The notes below the pieces were generated by a model that worked only from the letters and a program-made list of their open reading frames with translations, was not told the origin of the DNA and did no database searches. The position numbers and the translations under genes were made by a program. 64,000 nucleotides of DNA from Candidatus Spongiisociaceae bacterium. Its GTDB lineage: Bacteria > Actinomycetota > Acidimicrobiia > Spongiisociales > Spongiisociaceae. This document shows positions 8,293 to 18,070 of the stretch, in pieces. Location: positions 1,696,001-1,760,000 of the forward strand of contig OZ241841.1 of the NCBI GenBank assembly GCA_965202665.1. The letters are read 5' to 3'. Each line of letters starts with the position of its first letter. Positions within the stretch are counted from its first letter, which is position 1.

Positions 8293-11150
8293 CCTGTTTC
8301 TCCGATGATGCCGTCCGTACGGCACAGCCTCCGCAGGTCGCATTCTTGGCAGATATCCGCTTCGGGCGGGGCGGACACTGCGAACTCGCCCGCCTGGATG
8401 CGCCGCACGGTGGCGTCGAAATGGCGGCCGGCCTCCTCTACCCGCTCCGGTCTGTATGGTAGCGCCATCAGCGCATCCTGCTTGCGTTGCTCCGAAGTCC
8501 AGTAGAGCAACAGTCGATCCACCCGCTTGCCCCGCCGTTGCTCCAAGATGTGGGCGTAGGTGCAGAGTTGCCGTTCGTAGGCCTCTATCAGATTCGGGTT
8601 GTCTTTGGGGCGGGGCGAAGTCTTGAAATCCAGCAGCTCCAATTTGCCGTCCCCGCCCATCAACAGGTCCACCTTGCCGGACAGGATGTAGTCGTCCTTC
8701 TCCAAAGACACATCCACCTCGGTTTCGATGATGCGGCCCATCTCGTCTTGGTTTTGCCGGAAATAGTTCATCACCTGTCGGAACGCGGCCTCTTTGACCA
8801 CCCCGCTGATGGGCCGCCGGTCGGACAGGCTCAGGACTCGGAAGTTGTCTTCGAACAGGTCGCTGATGCGGTTCTCGTCGAGGGAGTCCAGTTGGCCGTC
8901 CATGGCGAAGCGGTGGATGCCCTCGATGGACTGGTGGACGAGCTGGCCGAAAAAGAAGACCGCCGACCGGGACGGGGTGAAGTCGTATTCCCGGAAGAAC
9001 TGATACTGGCGCGGGCAGGTTTCGTAGACTTTGAGGTCGCCGGTGAAACTGTAGGTTTTTTTGACGGGCGTCCGTTCATGCGAGGCAAAACGCTGGGCGG
9101 CCAGCTTATCCTTCTCCGCGTACGGCCACTGGGGGAGGCCCTCCCAGATGGCGGCGAAGTGTTTCTTGGGCGTTTTGTGGGCGGTTAGGACCAGCACATT
9201 CTGCGCTCTGGAAAAGGCCACGTAGTGTTGGCGCATCCGGTCAAAATTGGTTATGCGGTCTTCGGGTTCAAAAGGCGGACGGTGATAGAACGGGGCCAAG
9301 TTGCGGTCAATTTGCTTGCCGGTGGGAATCTGCGCCGACAGGGAGCCGACCGCCACCACCGGAAACTCCAAGCCCTTGGACTGATGGATGGTCATCACTT
9401 GCACGTAACCTTTCGGGAACGGCTGATCCGGGTCCTCGTATTCGTTGATGCCTCCCGAATGAAGCAGGCGCAGGAAACTGTTGAAAAAACTGCGGGGCAG
9501 AGACTCCCGGTTGTCGTAGGTGATAACCGGGTAGCCGTAGAAAACCTGAAAAGCGTTGAGAAGCTGGGAGAAGATGGCCAGGTTGCAGGCCGTGTTTTCA
9601 TCTTTGGCCGCGCTCCGGAACGGTTCCAAGGCGAGCAGGCGGTAGAAGTAGTCGGTAGGACGCAGGTCGAGGGTCTGCCTTTTCTCCAGGGCGGCGATTT
9701 CGTCCGTCCACCGGCGGAGGGCCCGGGCGAGCGGGCTGGACTTTTCGAACTGCTGACAGAGTTGAAGGATGGCCTCATCCGCATATCGGGCCAGTTTTTT
9801 GAGCGCCCATCCCGAAACCGGATCCCGTTGGTCGCCGTACCAGCCGAGCAGGATTGCGTAACAGGCCACCAGGTTGCGGATGGCGGGAATATCAAAGAAG
9901 CCCCGGGCGCGGGGGCAGAAAGCGGGGATGCCCCTGGCTTGCAAGGCTTCCAGATAGTGACCGCTGTGCTTCTCGCGGACGCTGTGCAACAGGAGGGCCA
10001 CCTGGCTGTAATCCTCAATCACCTGATTTTTTTTCAGAAACTCCACCAGATCGGCGAATCGTTCAGCCTCGTCCTGGACGCCGGTTCCCCATATGCTGAT
10101 GACGGCCGGGTAGTTGGAGCGGTCTCCGTTCGGGTTGGCGACGATGGTTTTGTCGTAACGGAAGGAGTGGCCGGCCGAGTTGGACCAGTCCGCCGAGGAC
10201 ATCCAATCGTCGTAGCGTTCCACTATGGCGGGATGCGAGCGGTAGTTGGAAGTCAACTTGATGACCCGGCAGTCGGACACCCGCTGGGGGAACTCCAAGA
10301 TGTTGCGCACCGTGGCCCCCCGGAAGCGGTATATGCTCTGGTCCTCGTCACCCACCACGCACAGGTTCTGGTCGGGCCCCGCCAGTTTGAGGAGCAACTG
10401 TTCCTGGATGAAGTTGGTGTCCTGGTATTCGTCCACTAGCAGGTAGCGGAGATGGGGGGAAACCGAGTCGGCGGCGGCTGGGTCGTTCAGCAGGTCGTAG
10501 AAATGTCGTTGCAGGTGGGCGAAATCGACGCGGTTTTTGTTCAACAGGGCCTTTTGATAACTGAGGTAGGCGGAGCCGATGGCCCTGATGAAAGAGTCGT
10601 CCGAGTTCGTCATCAGGTTCGGATCGACCAGTTCTTCGGTTATTTTGTCAAAATACCCTCTCGCCCTTTCGATGGCCGTCCAGCGGGTTGTCCAACGGGT
10701 CAGATAGCGGCCGTCCTCATCTTTTTCTCCGATGATGTCGTCGAAATGTTCGAAGATGAACAACAGTTGGGTCAGCTCGTCCAAGGTTTGGTAGCCGTGC
10801 CCGAGGTTCGTCCGGTGGCGGTGACGGGTCAGGGCCCGGTTGCAAAATCCGTGGATGGTGGAGATGGTCAGGTCGGACAGGTCCTCCTTGTAACCCAGCT
10901 GGCTGGCGTAGGCGGCCAGACGGTCCCGCATTTCGTAGGCGGCTTTCTCGGTGAAAGTGCACAACGCCATCTCTTTCGGTTCCGCCTTCTTCAACAGCAA
11001 CAGGTTCAAGGCCCGCAGGACGATGCTGTAGGTTTTGCCGGAGCCGGGGCCGGCTATCACCAGGAGCGGGCCGTCCAGATGGCCGATGACCTCCTGCTGG
11101 CTGGGGTTTAGTTGCAGGTTGTGCTCCACAATTGCGGGAGCGATGGTCAT
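8289..11150 (-). CDS. UvrD/Rep SF1 helicase fused to C-terminal PD-(D/E)xK nuclease with 4-Cys (Fe-S staple) pattern
   Basis: AGPGSGKT, VDEYQD, GDEDQSIYRFRGA, TIHQSKGLEF, YVAFSRA; then YETCPRQY, GKVDLL, LDFKTS, YERQL and CQECDLRRLC. Confidence 0.92.
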   Translation of the reverse strand: MTIAPAIVEHNLQLNPSQQEVIGHLDGPLLVIAGPGSGKTYSIVLRALNLLLLKKAEPKEMALCTFTEKAAYEMRDRLAAYASQLGYKEDLSDLTISTIHGFCNRALTRHRHRTNLGHGYQTLDELTQLLFIFEHFDDIIGEKDEDGRYLTRWTTRWTAIERARGYFDKITEELVDPNLMTNSDDSFIRAIGSAYLSYQKALLNKNRVDFAHLQRHFYDLLNDPAAADSVSPHLRYLLVDEYQDTNFIQEQLLLKLAGPDQNLCVVGDEDQSIYRFRGATVRNILEFPQRVSDCRVIKLTSNYRSHPAIVERYDDWMSSADWSNSAGHSFRYDKTIVANPNGDRSNYPAVISIWGTGVQDEAERFADLVEFLKKNQVIEDYSQVALLLHSVREKHSGHYLEALQARGIPAFCPRARGFFDIPAIRNLVACYAILLGWYGDQRDPVSGWALKKLARYADEAILQLCQQFEKSSPLARALRRWTDEIAALEKRQTLDLRPTDYFYRLLALEPFRSAAKDENTACNLAIFSQLLNAFQVFYGYPVITYDNRESLPRSFFNSFLRLLHSGGINEYEDPDQPFPKGYVQVMTIHQSKGLEFPVVAVGSLSAQIPTGKQIDRNLAPFYHRPPFEPEDRITNFDRMRQHYVAFSRAQNVLVLTAHKTPKKHFAAIWEGLPQWPYAEKDKLAAQRFASHERTPVKKTYSFTGDLKVYETCPRQYQFFREYDFTPSRSAVFFFGQLVHQSIEGIHRFAMDGQLDSLDENRISDLFEDNFRVLSLSDRRPISGVVKEAAFRQVMNYFRQNQDEMGRIIETEVDVSLEKDDYILSGKVDLLMGGDGKLELLDFKTSPRPKDNPNLIEAYERQLCTYAHILEQRRGKRVDRLLLYWTSEQRKQDALMALPYRPERVEEAGRHFDATVRRIQAGEFAVSAPPEADICQECDLRRLCRTDGIIGETG

Positions 11151-11872
11151 AGCAGTCCTGCTTTTCTGAAGCTGAAAGTTTCCCGGTGGGACACCACGAG
11201 GTGATCCGCCACCCGCAGGCTAATGGTTTCGGCGGCCAGCACGATGGCGCGGGTGATTACTTTGTCATGTTCGGTCGGCTCCGTTTGGCCGTTCGGATGG
11301 TTGTGGGCGAGAAGCAGGGCCGCCGCCTGGTTGCGAACGGCGGCTTCCACGACCCGCCGGGGATACACGGCTACCCGGTCGATGGCCCCCTCCTGCAGGA
11401 TTTCCACGCCATCGGGGAGGAGGCGGTATCCGGAATCCAAATAGGCAACCGCGAACACTTCGTGTCTGAGGCCGCCGATTCGCATCCGCCAAAAGCTGCT
11501 GATTTTCTCCGGTTCGAGCAGGATGTCGGTGCCTTCCGCCGTGTGTTGCAGGTACAGGTTGGCCGTCTCCCGGATGATTTTCACGGCGACTGCGGCCGGT
11601 TCGCTCAGACCGGCTGACTGCAGTTCGGCGGGGGAGGCGTCCAGAACGTTGCGCAGGCAGCCGAAGCGCCGGAGCAGATCGCGGGCGGACGCCCCGTTGT
11701 CGGCGACGGGGGAGGCCAGGTTCAGCAGCAATTCGATCACCTCGTGGTCGGCGAGCCCCGCCAAGCCGGTTTTGCGAAACCGCCGGCGGAGCGGGTGGCC
11801 TTTGTCGAGAGGACGCGGCGGATCCGCCCGTAGGAGGGCTTCGTTCTGCGGACGCAGTGCGGGCGCGGTCAT
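11147..11872 (-). CDS. radC: RadC-family JAB/MPN domain protein
   Basis: GH-x-LRRRF, LADHEVIELLL, HhH region, VYPRRVV, AHNHPNG...TEHD and DHLVV; stop overlaps helicase ATG. Start uncertain (11872 or 11926). Confidence 0.88.
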   Translation of the reverse strand: MTAPALRPQNEALLRADPPRPLDKGHPLRRRFRKTGLAGLADHEVIELLLNLASPVADNGASARDLLRRFGCLRNVLDASPAELQSAGLSEPAAVAVKIIRETANLYLQHTAEGTDILLEPEKISSFWRMRIGGLRHEVFAVAYLDSGYRLLPDGVEILQEGAIDRVAVYPRRVVEAAVRNQAAALLLAHNHPNGQTEPTEHDKVITRAIVLAAETISLRVADHLVVSHRETFSFRKAGLL

Positions 11873-12057
11873 GGTCTTTGGCGAGTCGCCTCCAGCGTGC
11901 TGATGCTTTCCACTTCCAATATGCACAATTTTTCGCCGTGCGACAAGGGGTATGTTTTTCCCATCTCCGCAACCGTCGAGATCCCATAGAAGCGCGGGAG
12001 GCGAAACCCCCAGGTCTTCGATTGTTTCGGATGGGCGGTGGTCGCTCCAGCTGAAAG

Positions 12058-13431
12058 TTATTCCCGTGTTTGCTGAAGGTAATCCTGGCCTTTTGTCGTT
12101 AGGCGGTAGCGTTGCTTGCTGCTTTGCGGTTTTTCCGGGATGGTCATTTCGATCAGGCCGGATTTCAAGGCGGGCAGCAGGTAGGAAGTCCGAAAATGGC
12201 CTTTATGCTTGAGGTTCAGGATTTTTCGCAGTTGCTCGCTGGTTGCTTCTTCGGCTATAGCGGCCAGTAACTCGGCGACTTGGACGGTGACTTGGTCGGT
12301 GACTTGTACGGTTTGGAGACTTACTTGGTCGGTGACTTGGTCGGTGGGGGGTTGGACTTGGTCGGTTTTGAGGGTGACTTGGTCGGTTTCTTGGTCGGTT
12401 TGGGGTTCGACTTGGTCGGTGACTTGTACGGTTTGGGGACTTACTTGGTCGGTTTCTTGGTCGGTGGGGGGTTGGACTTGGTCGGTTTTGAGGGTGACTT
12501 GGTCGGTGACTTGGTCGGTTTGGGGACTTACTTGGTCGGTGACTTGGTCGGTTTGGGGAGCCTCTTGGTCGGTAACTTGGTCGGTTTTCGGACTTACTTG
12601 GTCGGTGGGGGCTTCGACTTGGTCGGTGGGGGCATTTGTCCGGACTTCCGGGTTGGGGTGGAAGGTGATGGTTATGAAGTGGTCGGCTTCGAATTCGGGT
12701 TCCGGGCAGTCCATCTCTTTGGCCTCCTCCCGGATGCGGCGGATGCCGGTGCCGGCCTTCTCGATGAAGTCGATGCGGTGGAGCAGGTCGGCGATCAGGG
12801 GATTCCGCCGCCTGCTGGTGCGGCCGATGTTGGTGAGGGTGACGCCCGGGGGCAGTTTGCCGGGGCTGATCACCTCGATCCGGTCGACGTACACTTCCAC
12901 GAAGACGTTCGACCCGGTGAAATACCAGTCCCGGTGCATGACCGCGTTGGTGACGGCCTCGCGCAGCGCCTTCATGGGGTATTCCTTGATGTTTTCCCGT
13001 TGCAGGCCCTCAATCCGGTATTTGGTGCGGGTGTTGCGGTCGATGAAAGCCATGGCGTTTTCGATGTCGGCCACCACGCCCCCCTCCAGGTCGCTCCGAT
13101 CCAGGATGTGCACCTTGTCCGTACCCTGCCCCATCAGGCAGGTGATGTACGCATCGGGGAAGAATTGGCGCACGTTTTTGGCGAAGAACAGCACGCCCGC
13201 GTTGCGGAGCCGCAACTGGCCGCCCGTCCGCTCCGCCACCCCGATGTTGACCAGCATTTCCTCGGTGGAGGCGAGGTCGGTGATGCGGGAGCGCCGGAAC
13301 CAGTCGTCGAATTTGGCCTGGTCGAAGTCCTCCGGGTATTTGAATCGGGGGCAAAAAGAGCGGTCGAATTCCAGGGCCCCCTCCGTTTGGAAGAATCCGA
13401 GAATTTCGCTCCGGCTGAGTTTTTGCGTCAT
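12058..13431 (-). CDS. Schlafen/AlbA-associated HATPase (RecG-C-like) protein with TDQV repeats and C-terminal wHTH; N-terminal AlbA domain truncated
   Basis: YPMKALREAVTNAVMHRD, DRIEVISPG, RNPLIA, EKAGTGI; C-terminal YLLPALKSGLIEMTIPEKPQSSKQRYRLT. Only the tail of an AlbA-like domain lies in frame upstream. Confidence 0.78.
   Translation of the reverse strand: MTQKLSRSEILGFFQTEGALEFDRSFCPRFKYPEDFDQAKFDDWFRRSRITDLASTEEMLVNIGVAERTGGQLRLRNAGVLFFAKNVRQFFPDAYITCLMGQGTDKVHILDRSDLEGGVVADIENAMAFIDRNTRTKYRIEGLQRENIKEYPMKALREAVTNAVMHRDWYFTGSNVFVEVYVDRIEVISPGKLPPGVTLTNIGRTSRRRNPLIADLLHRIDFIEKAGTGIRRIREEAKEMDCPEPEFEADHFITITFHPNPEVRTNAPTDQVEAPTDQVSPKTDQVTDQEAPQTDQVTDQVSPQTDQVTDQVTLKTDQVQPPTDQETDQVSPQTVQVTDQVEPQTDQETDQVTLKTDQVQPPTDQVTDQVSLQTVQVTDQVTVQVAELLAAIAEEATSEQLRKILNLKHKGHFRTSYLLPALKSGLIEMTIPEKPQSSKQRYRLTTKGQDYLQQTRE
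12278..12632. repeat. Coding tandem repeat (ACTTGGTCGGT core; TDQV peptide) with 120-bp higher-order duplication
   Basis: About 20 copies of the core. Sequence at 12301-12400 recurs nearly identically at 12421-12520. Confidence 0.95.
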
Positions 13432-13585
13432 CGCTCCCTGCCTGGCGAAGAACCCGTTCCGGCATTGCACCGGTTTGACCTCGCCTTCGTTTACATGGAC
13501 TGCCAACACTTTACCCACCGACTCCTCCCACACCTGCACCGGCGGGTTTCCCGCGCCGGGGGGAGGGGCGTGGTTAAATAGGGTT

Positions 13586-14167
13586 ATGGACAGGGCGCAG
13601 TTGGCTGATTTGCTCACTTTTTCCCGGTTGCTGGCCGGGCCGGTTCTGGTGGCTTTGCTGGCCGGACGGCGGTTGGAGGCGGCGGCCCTGTTTCTCACTT
13701 TGGCCTGGTTCACCGATTTCTTCGACGGGCGGATGGCCCGCTCCTCCGACCGGCCCACCCGGCTCAACGGATGGGATCTGCGGGCGGACGCCTGGCTGGC
13801 CGCCGGGCTGGGAATCGGCTTGGGACTGGGCGGCTACCTCACCTGGTGGCTGGCCGGCCCGCTGTCCCTGTTCGTGTTCGCCGGGGCCGTCCTGCTCGCC
13901 AACCCCGCCCCGGTGATGGTCGGTATCGGGGCCCTCACCGGACTCACGTTGCTCACTTTCGTGACGGAGGACAGCTGGTGGTGGGTTCCGGCGGGGGCCC
14001 TCCTCATCCTGTTGGTTCCCTCCCGCAAACGGTTCCTGCACACGATCCTCCCCGCCCTGTGGGCCGGAGTGGTCAGCCTCACCACCGGCGAAGATCCGGA
14101 GGCCGAAACCCGCGGGCGCAGGCTCACCGTCGACGAATGGGCCCCCGGGCCGGAACCCGACCTCTGA
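13586..14167 (+). CDS. CDP-alcohol phosphatidyltransferase family protein
   Basis: ADLLTFSR and TDFFDGRMAR...WDLRAD signature; multiple TM segments. Confidence 0.8.
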   Translation: MDRAQLADLLTFSRLLAGPVLVALLAGRRLEAAALFLTLAWFTDFFDGRMARSSDRPTRLNGWDLRADAWLAAGLGIGLGLGGYLTWWLAGPLSLFVFAGAVLLANPAPVMVGIGALTGLTLLTFVTEDSWWWVPAGALLILLVPSRKRFLHTILPALWAGVVSLTTGEDPEAETRGRRLTVDEWAPGPEPDL

Positions 14168-14212
14168 TTCCCGGCCGACCGGCCAAGCCCCTCCCGCGCC
14201 GGGAGAAGCAAA

Positions 14213-15013
14213 CTATTCGGCGCTGCGGCGGTAGGCGCGCACCGAAATGGGGATGAACAGGGCCAGGATGATCGCCGCCCACAGCAGGCCCAGCAACAGG
14301 GGGCGGAGGGTGGGGCCGCCCAGCGACAAAGCCCGCAACCCGTCCACGAACCGGGTTATGGGCTGGTTTTCGGCGAACAGCCGCAGCCAGCCGGGCATCG
14401 ACCCCACCGGCACGTAAGCCGAAGAGGCGAAAATGAAGGGGAACACCACGATGATGGAAGCCGCCTGCGCCACCTCCGGGGTGCGGGTTTTCAAACCCAC
14501 CCAAGCCGACATCCACGAAAAACACAGCCCGAACAGCAAGGCCGTAACCACCATGGCCGCCGCCGCCAAAGCCCCGGCCTGGAAACGGAACCCGATGACG
14601 TGCCCCACCGCCAGCATCAGCAGAATGGCGATGGAATTGCGCACCGCATCCGCCAGGGTGCGCCCGGCCAGCACCGCCGAACGGGCCATCGGCAACGACC
14701 GGAACCGGTCCACGATCCCCGCCTGCAGGTCTTCGGTCAGCCCCACCGAAGTGTTGGTGGAACCGAAGGCGGAAGTCTGAATGATCACCCCCGGCAGCAG
14801 GTAGTCGATGTAGTTGATGTCCGGCAGGGGAATCGCCCCCCCGAACACGAACGTGAACAGCAACACCAGCATTATCGGCTGGATGGTGGAAAACAGCAAC
14901 AGTTGCGGGGTGCGGAAAATGCGGATCACGTTCCGTTTGGTGAGAACCGCCGTGTGGCGCAAGGTCAGCCCGGGGCCGATGCGGTTCACGGGGGCGGAAC
15001 GGACGGCGCTCAT
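14213..15013 (-). CDS. ABC-2 type transporter permease (DrrB-like)
   Basis: GIVDRFRSLPMARSAVLAGR, SSAYVPVGSMPGWL; six TM segments; ATGA overlap with the ATPase gene. Confidence 0.9.
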   Translation of the reverse strand: MSAVRSAPVNRIGPGLTLRHTAVLTKRNVIRIFRTPQLLLFSTIQPIMLVLLFTFVFGGAIPLPDINYIDYLLPGVIIQTSAFGSTNTSVGLTEDLQAGIVDRFRSLPMARSAVLAGRTLADAVRNSIAILLMLAVGHVIGFRFQAGALAAAAMVVTALLFGLCFSWMSAWVGLKTRTPEVAQAASIIVVFPFIFASSAYVPVGSMPGWLRLFAENQPITRFVDGLRALSLGGPTLRPLLLGLLWAAIILALFIPISVRAYRRSAE

Positions 15014-16029
15014 CGGCCCCTCCCCCCGTTCCGGTTGCGGCGCCCCCCCAGCAGTCCCGCCAGCGCGCCCCGCCGCCGCCCGGGGCCGGGACGGGCGTCG
15101 TCCGCTTCGGCGGGGCGTCCGGTCAGGGCCAGGAAAACATCGTCCAGGCTGGGATGGCGCAACTGCAGGTCGGCGATGCCCACCCCGCTTTCGTCGATGG
15201 CCCGCAGGGCGGACAGGGCCTCCGACGTCCCCGCCACCGTCGCCCGCACCCGGCCGGTGGCGGGGTCCGCTTCCAGCGACTTCCCGTGCCGTCCCAGAAT
15301 CTCCTCCGCTTTCCCCAATTCCCCGTCGGCGATGGTCATTTCCAGCACGTCCCCGTGCATGCGGGACTTCAACTCGTCGGGGGTGCCTTCGCTGATCAGC
15401 CGGCCCGAATCGATTACCGCAATCCGGGAGGCCAAGCGGTCCGCTTCCTCCAAATACTGGGTGGTGAGCAGCAGGGTGGCCCCCCCGGACACCATCTCTT
15501 CCATAATCTTCCACAATTCGATGCGGCTGCGGGGGTCCAGGCCGGTGGTCGGTTCGTCCATCACCAGCACCTCCGGCCGCCCCACCAGCCCGGCCGCCAA
15601 ATCCAAGCGCCGTTGCATGCCCCCCGAATAGGTGCGCACCGGACGATGCGCCGCTTCCGCCAAGTCGATCCGCTCCAACAGGTCCTCCGCCCTCCGCCGG
15701 GCTTCGGCCGCCCCCAGGTTGTAGAGCCGCCCCACCATTTCCAGGTTTTCATATCCGGTCAGGGTCTGATCCACCGCCGCGTACTGGCCGGCCAGCCCGA
15801 TGCGGGAACGCAACGCCACCGCATCCCGCACCGTGTCGCACCCCAGCACCGTGGCCCGCCCCCGATCCGGTTTGAGCAGGGTGGTCAGCACCCGCACCAG
15901 GGTGGTTTTGCCCGCGCCGTTCGGCCCCAGCAGTCCGAACACGGTGCCTTCTTCGATGGCGAGGCTCACCCCGTCCAAGGCCCGAATGCCCCCGTAGGCT
16001 TTATGGACCGATTCGACCACGATGGCCAT
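15010..16029 (-). CDS. ABC transporter ATP-binding protein (DrrA-like)
   Basis: GPNGAGKTT, YSGGM, MDEPTTGLDP, LLTTQYLEEAD. Confidence 0.92.
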   Translation of the reverse strand: MAIVVESVHKAYGGIRALDGVSLAIEEGTVFGLLGPNGAGKTTLVRVLTTLLKPDRGRATVLGCDTVRDAVALRSRIGLAGQYAAVDQTLTGYENLEMVGRLYNLGAAEARRRAEDLLERIDLAEAAHRPVRTYSGGMQRRLDLAAGLVGRPEVLVMDEPTTGLDPRSRIELWKIMEEMVSGGATLLLTTQYLEEADRLASRIAVIDSGRLISEGTPDELKSRMHGDVLEMTIADGELGKAEEILGRHGKSLEADPATGRVRATVAGTSEALSALRAIDESGVGIADLQLRHPSLDDVFLALTGRPAEADDARPGPGRRRGALAGLLGGRRNRNGGRGR

Positions 16030-16243
16030 GGAATCCAATTGGGCCCCCTCCTCTGTTCGTTGCGGACGACTGGCGCGGAACGCGGCCGGCAACGCCCGCG
16101 CCCATCCCATATTTACAGGAACCCGGCCCTATTTCACATCGGGGCCCGCTCCGGGCGCCGCCGCCGTCCCGTCGGGCGGGAAGAAAGCCGGGGTTGGGTA
16201 TTATGAACCGACCGGAGGCCAAGGCGAAACAAGGAGGTTCCCC

Positions 16244-16744
16244 ATGGATGAGGATACCCGGCCGGCGGACAACGGCGGACCCGGTTTGGCGGTGGTTGAA
16301 AAAATGACCCCGGCGGCGGAGGCGGAACGGGGGGAGATGATCGGGGAGCCGGCCAAGCTGCTGCGCATAGCCACCATGACCCGCTCCATGCTGTCCGAAG
16401 CCCGCACCGCCACTTTGGACGAAGAGGGCCGGGCCCGCCTCAGCGACGTGTACCGGGCCACCCTGAAACAGTTGCGCAGCGTGCTCACCGACGACCTGAC
16501 CGAAGAGTTCGAAGAATATTTCCAGCCGCTGGCCGTCTCCGACCAGGTGCCCACCCAGGCGGAAATCCGGTTGGCGCAGGCGCAGCTGGTCGGATGGCTG
16601 GAAGGCCTGTTCAGCGGCATTCAGGCGGCGATCGTCAGCCAGCAGATGGCCGCCCGCGCCCAACTGCAGCAGATCCGGGCCGGAGGGGCCGAACCGGATC
16701 ACCCGGCGGATGAGCCGCCCCAGTCGGGCGGCCTCTATCTCTGA
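16244..16744 (+). CDS. bpa: Bacterial proteasome activator Bpa/PafE
   Basis: EPAKLLRIATM, EIRLAQAQLVGWLEGLF and C-terminal GLYL (HbYX-like) motif; AGGAGG RBS. Confidence 0.9.
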   Translation: MDEDTRPADNGGPGLAVVEKMTPAAEAERGEMIGEPAKLLRIATMTRSMLSEARTATLDEEGRARLSDVYRATLKQLRSVLTDDLTEEFEEYFQPLAVSDQVPTQAEIRLAQAQLVGWLEGLFSGIQAAIVSQQMAARAQLQQIRAGGAEPDHPADEPPQSGGLYL

Positions 16745-16765
16745 GGGCCGCTCCGCCGCCCGGGG

Positions 16766-17278
16766 ATGAGCAGGCGCGGCCCGCCCCGCACCAACGCGCA
16801 ACGGCTTTTGGAGGCGGCCGGGGTCGCCTGCCGCAACCTCGCCTACGACCTGGCCGGGGAGGAGTTTTCCGCCGAGGCGGTGGCCGACCGGCTGGGACTC
16901 CCCCGGGGGCAGGTGTTCAAAACTTTGCTTGTCATCGGCCCCGTCCATGGCCCGGCGTTCGCCCTCATTCCCGCCGGGACCGTCCTGTCTTTGAAAAACC
17001 TGGCCCGCCGGCTGGGGGAGCGGCGCATGGAAATGGCCCCTTTGGCGGAGGTGCAACGCATGACCGGATACCGGCGGGGGGCGGTGACCGTGCCCGGAGC
17101 CAAACGGCCCTACCCGGCGGCGGTGGACGAAACAGCCTTGGAATGGGAGCGGATGGCCGTCTCCGGAGGGGCGCCGGGGGCGCAACTGCTGGTGGAAACC
17201 GCCGCCTTCTTGGAGTTCATTTCCGCCCGCATCGCCCCGCTGGCCGTCGCGGAGTCCGGCGGCGGGAATTCGGAATAG
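16766..17278 (+). CDS. ybaK: YbaK/EbsC-family aminoacyl-tRNA deacylase
   Basis: TNAQRLL, QVFKTL, TGYRRGAV and VSGGAPG patterns. Confidence 0.85.
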   Translation: MSRRGPPRTNAQRLLEAAGVACRNLAYDLAGEEFSAEAVADRLGLPRGQVFKTLLVIGPVHGPAFALIPAGTVLSLKNLARRLGERRMEMAPLAEVQRMTGYRRGAVTVPGAKRPYPAAVDETALEWERMAVSGGAPGAQLLVETAAFLEFISARIAPLAVAESGGGNSE

Positions 17279-17353
17279 CCGCCCCCGCCGGGTATCGTCA
17301 AGGCCGGAACCGAAAGGCGGTATTTCACGGACAACATTCTGCTGATCTTCCTG

Positions 17354-18070
17354 TTGCTGTTCGCGGGCGGGTTCGGGGCCGGTTTCATCAACTCCATGGC
17401 GGGGGGCGGGTCGGTGCTGACCGTCCCGGTCCTCAACGAAGCGGTGGGGGCCACCATCGCCAACGGCACCAACCGGGTGGCGATCCTGCTGGCCAACCTG
17501 GCCGGAACTTTCGCCTACCACAAGGGGGGCAAAGTCCCCTGGCGGCGGGTGGGGCGTTTCCTGCCCGGGACCCTGGCGGGGGCGGTAGCGGGGTCGTGGC
17601 TGGCCACCCGGGTGCCCACCGACTGGATGCGGGAAATATTCGCGGTGGTGATTTTCCTGGTGGCGGCCACCGTGGTCATCCGCCCCCGGCGGTGGTTGGA
17701 GGAGGGCCCTCCCCGCCTGTCCCCTTTCTGGTTGACGGTCGTTTTTTTCCTCATCGGGGCCTATGGGGGGTTCGTGCAAGTGGGGGTCGGGTTTCTTCTG
17801 TTGGCGGGCCTGGTGCTGGGCGGCGGTTTGGAACTGATAAAAGCCAACGGGGTGAAAGTGGTGATCATCGCCGCTTACACGGCGGTGGCCCTTCCCGTTT
17901 TCCTGCTCGCCGGACAGGTGGATCTGCTGCTGGGGCTGGTGATGGCGGCGGGCAACGTGAGCGGGGCCTACACCGGGGCCCGCCTGGCGGTGGAGAAAGG
18001 GGCGGGCTGGGCGCGCTGGGTGCTGGTGACGGCGGCGGTGGGAGCGGCCATCCGCATGGCCTTCTTCTAA
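17354..18070 (+). CDS. TSUP/TauE-SafE family exporter, copy 1 (start uncertain)
   Basis: GFINSMAGGGS, ANGTNR, GAYGGFVQVGVG; about 8 TM segments. Confidence 0.85.
   Translation: MLFAGGFGAGFINSMAGGGSVLTVPVLNEAVGATIANGTNRVAILLANLAGTFAYHKGGKVPWRRVGRFLPGTLAGAVAGSWLATRVPTDWMREIFAVVIFLVAATVVIRPRRWLEEGPPRLSPFWLTVVFFLIGAYGGFVQVGVGFLLLAGLVLGGGLELIKANGVKVVIIAAYTAVALPVFLLAGQVDLLLGLVMAAGNVSGAYTGARLAVEKGAGWARWVLVTAAVGAAIRMAFF

Noticed and set aside
8289-9100. Cas4-like domain suggesting CRISPR adaptation
   Set aside because: It is the C-terminal nuclease of a UvrD fusion; no cas1, cas2 or array in the window.
12278-12632. Repeat array as a possible CRISPR
   Set aside because: Units are 12-21 bp, in frame within a CDS, the intervening bits are themselves repeated, and no cas genes are present.
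12209-13585. 5' part of the 652 aa + strand ORF and other long overlapping ORFs (e.g. 16001..18148, 37728..39227, 51820..53664)
   Set aside because: Shadow frames of well-supported genes in high-GC DNA, with low-complexity Arg/Gly/Pro products.
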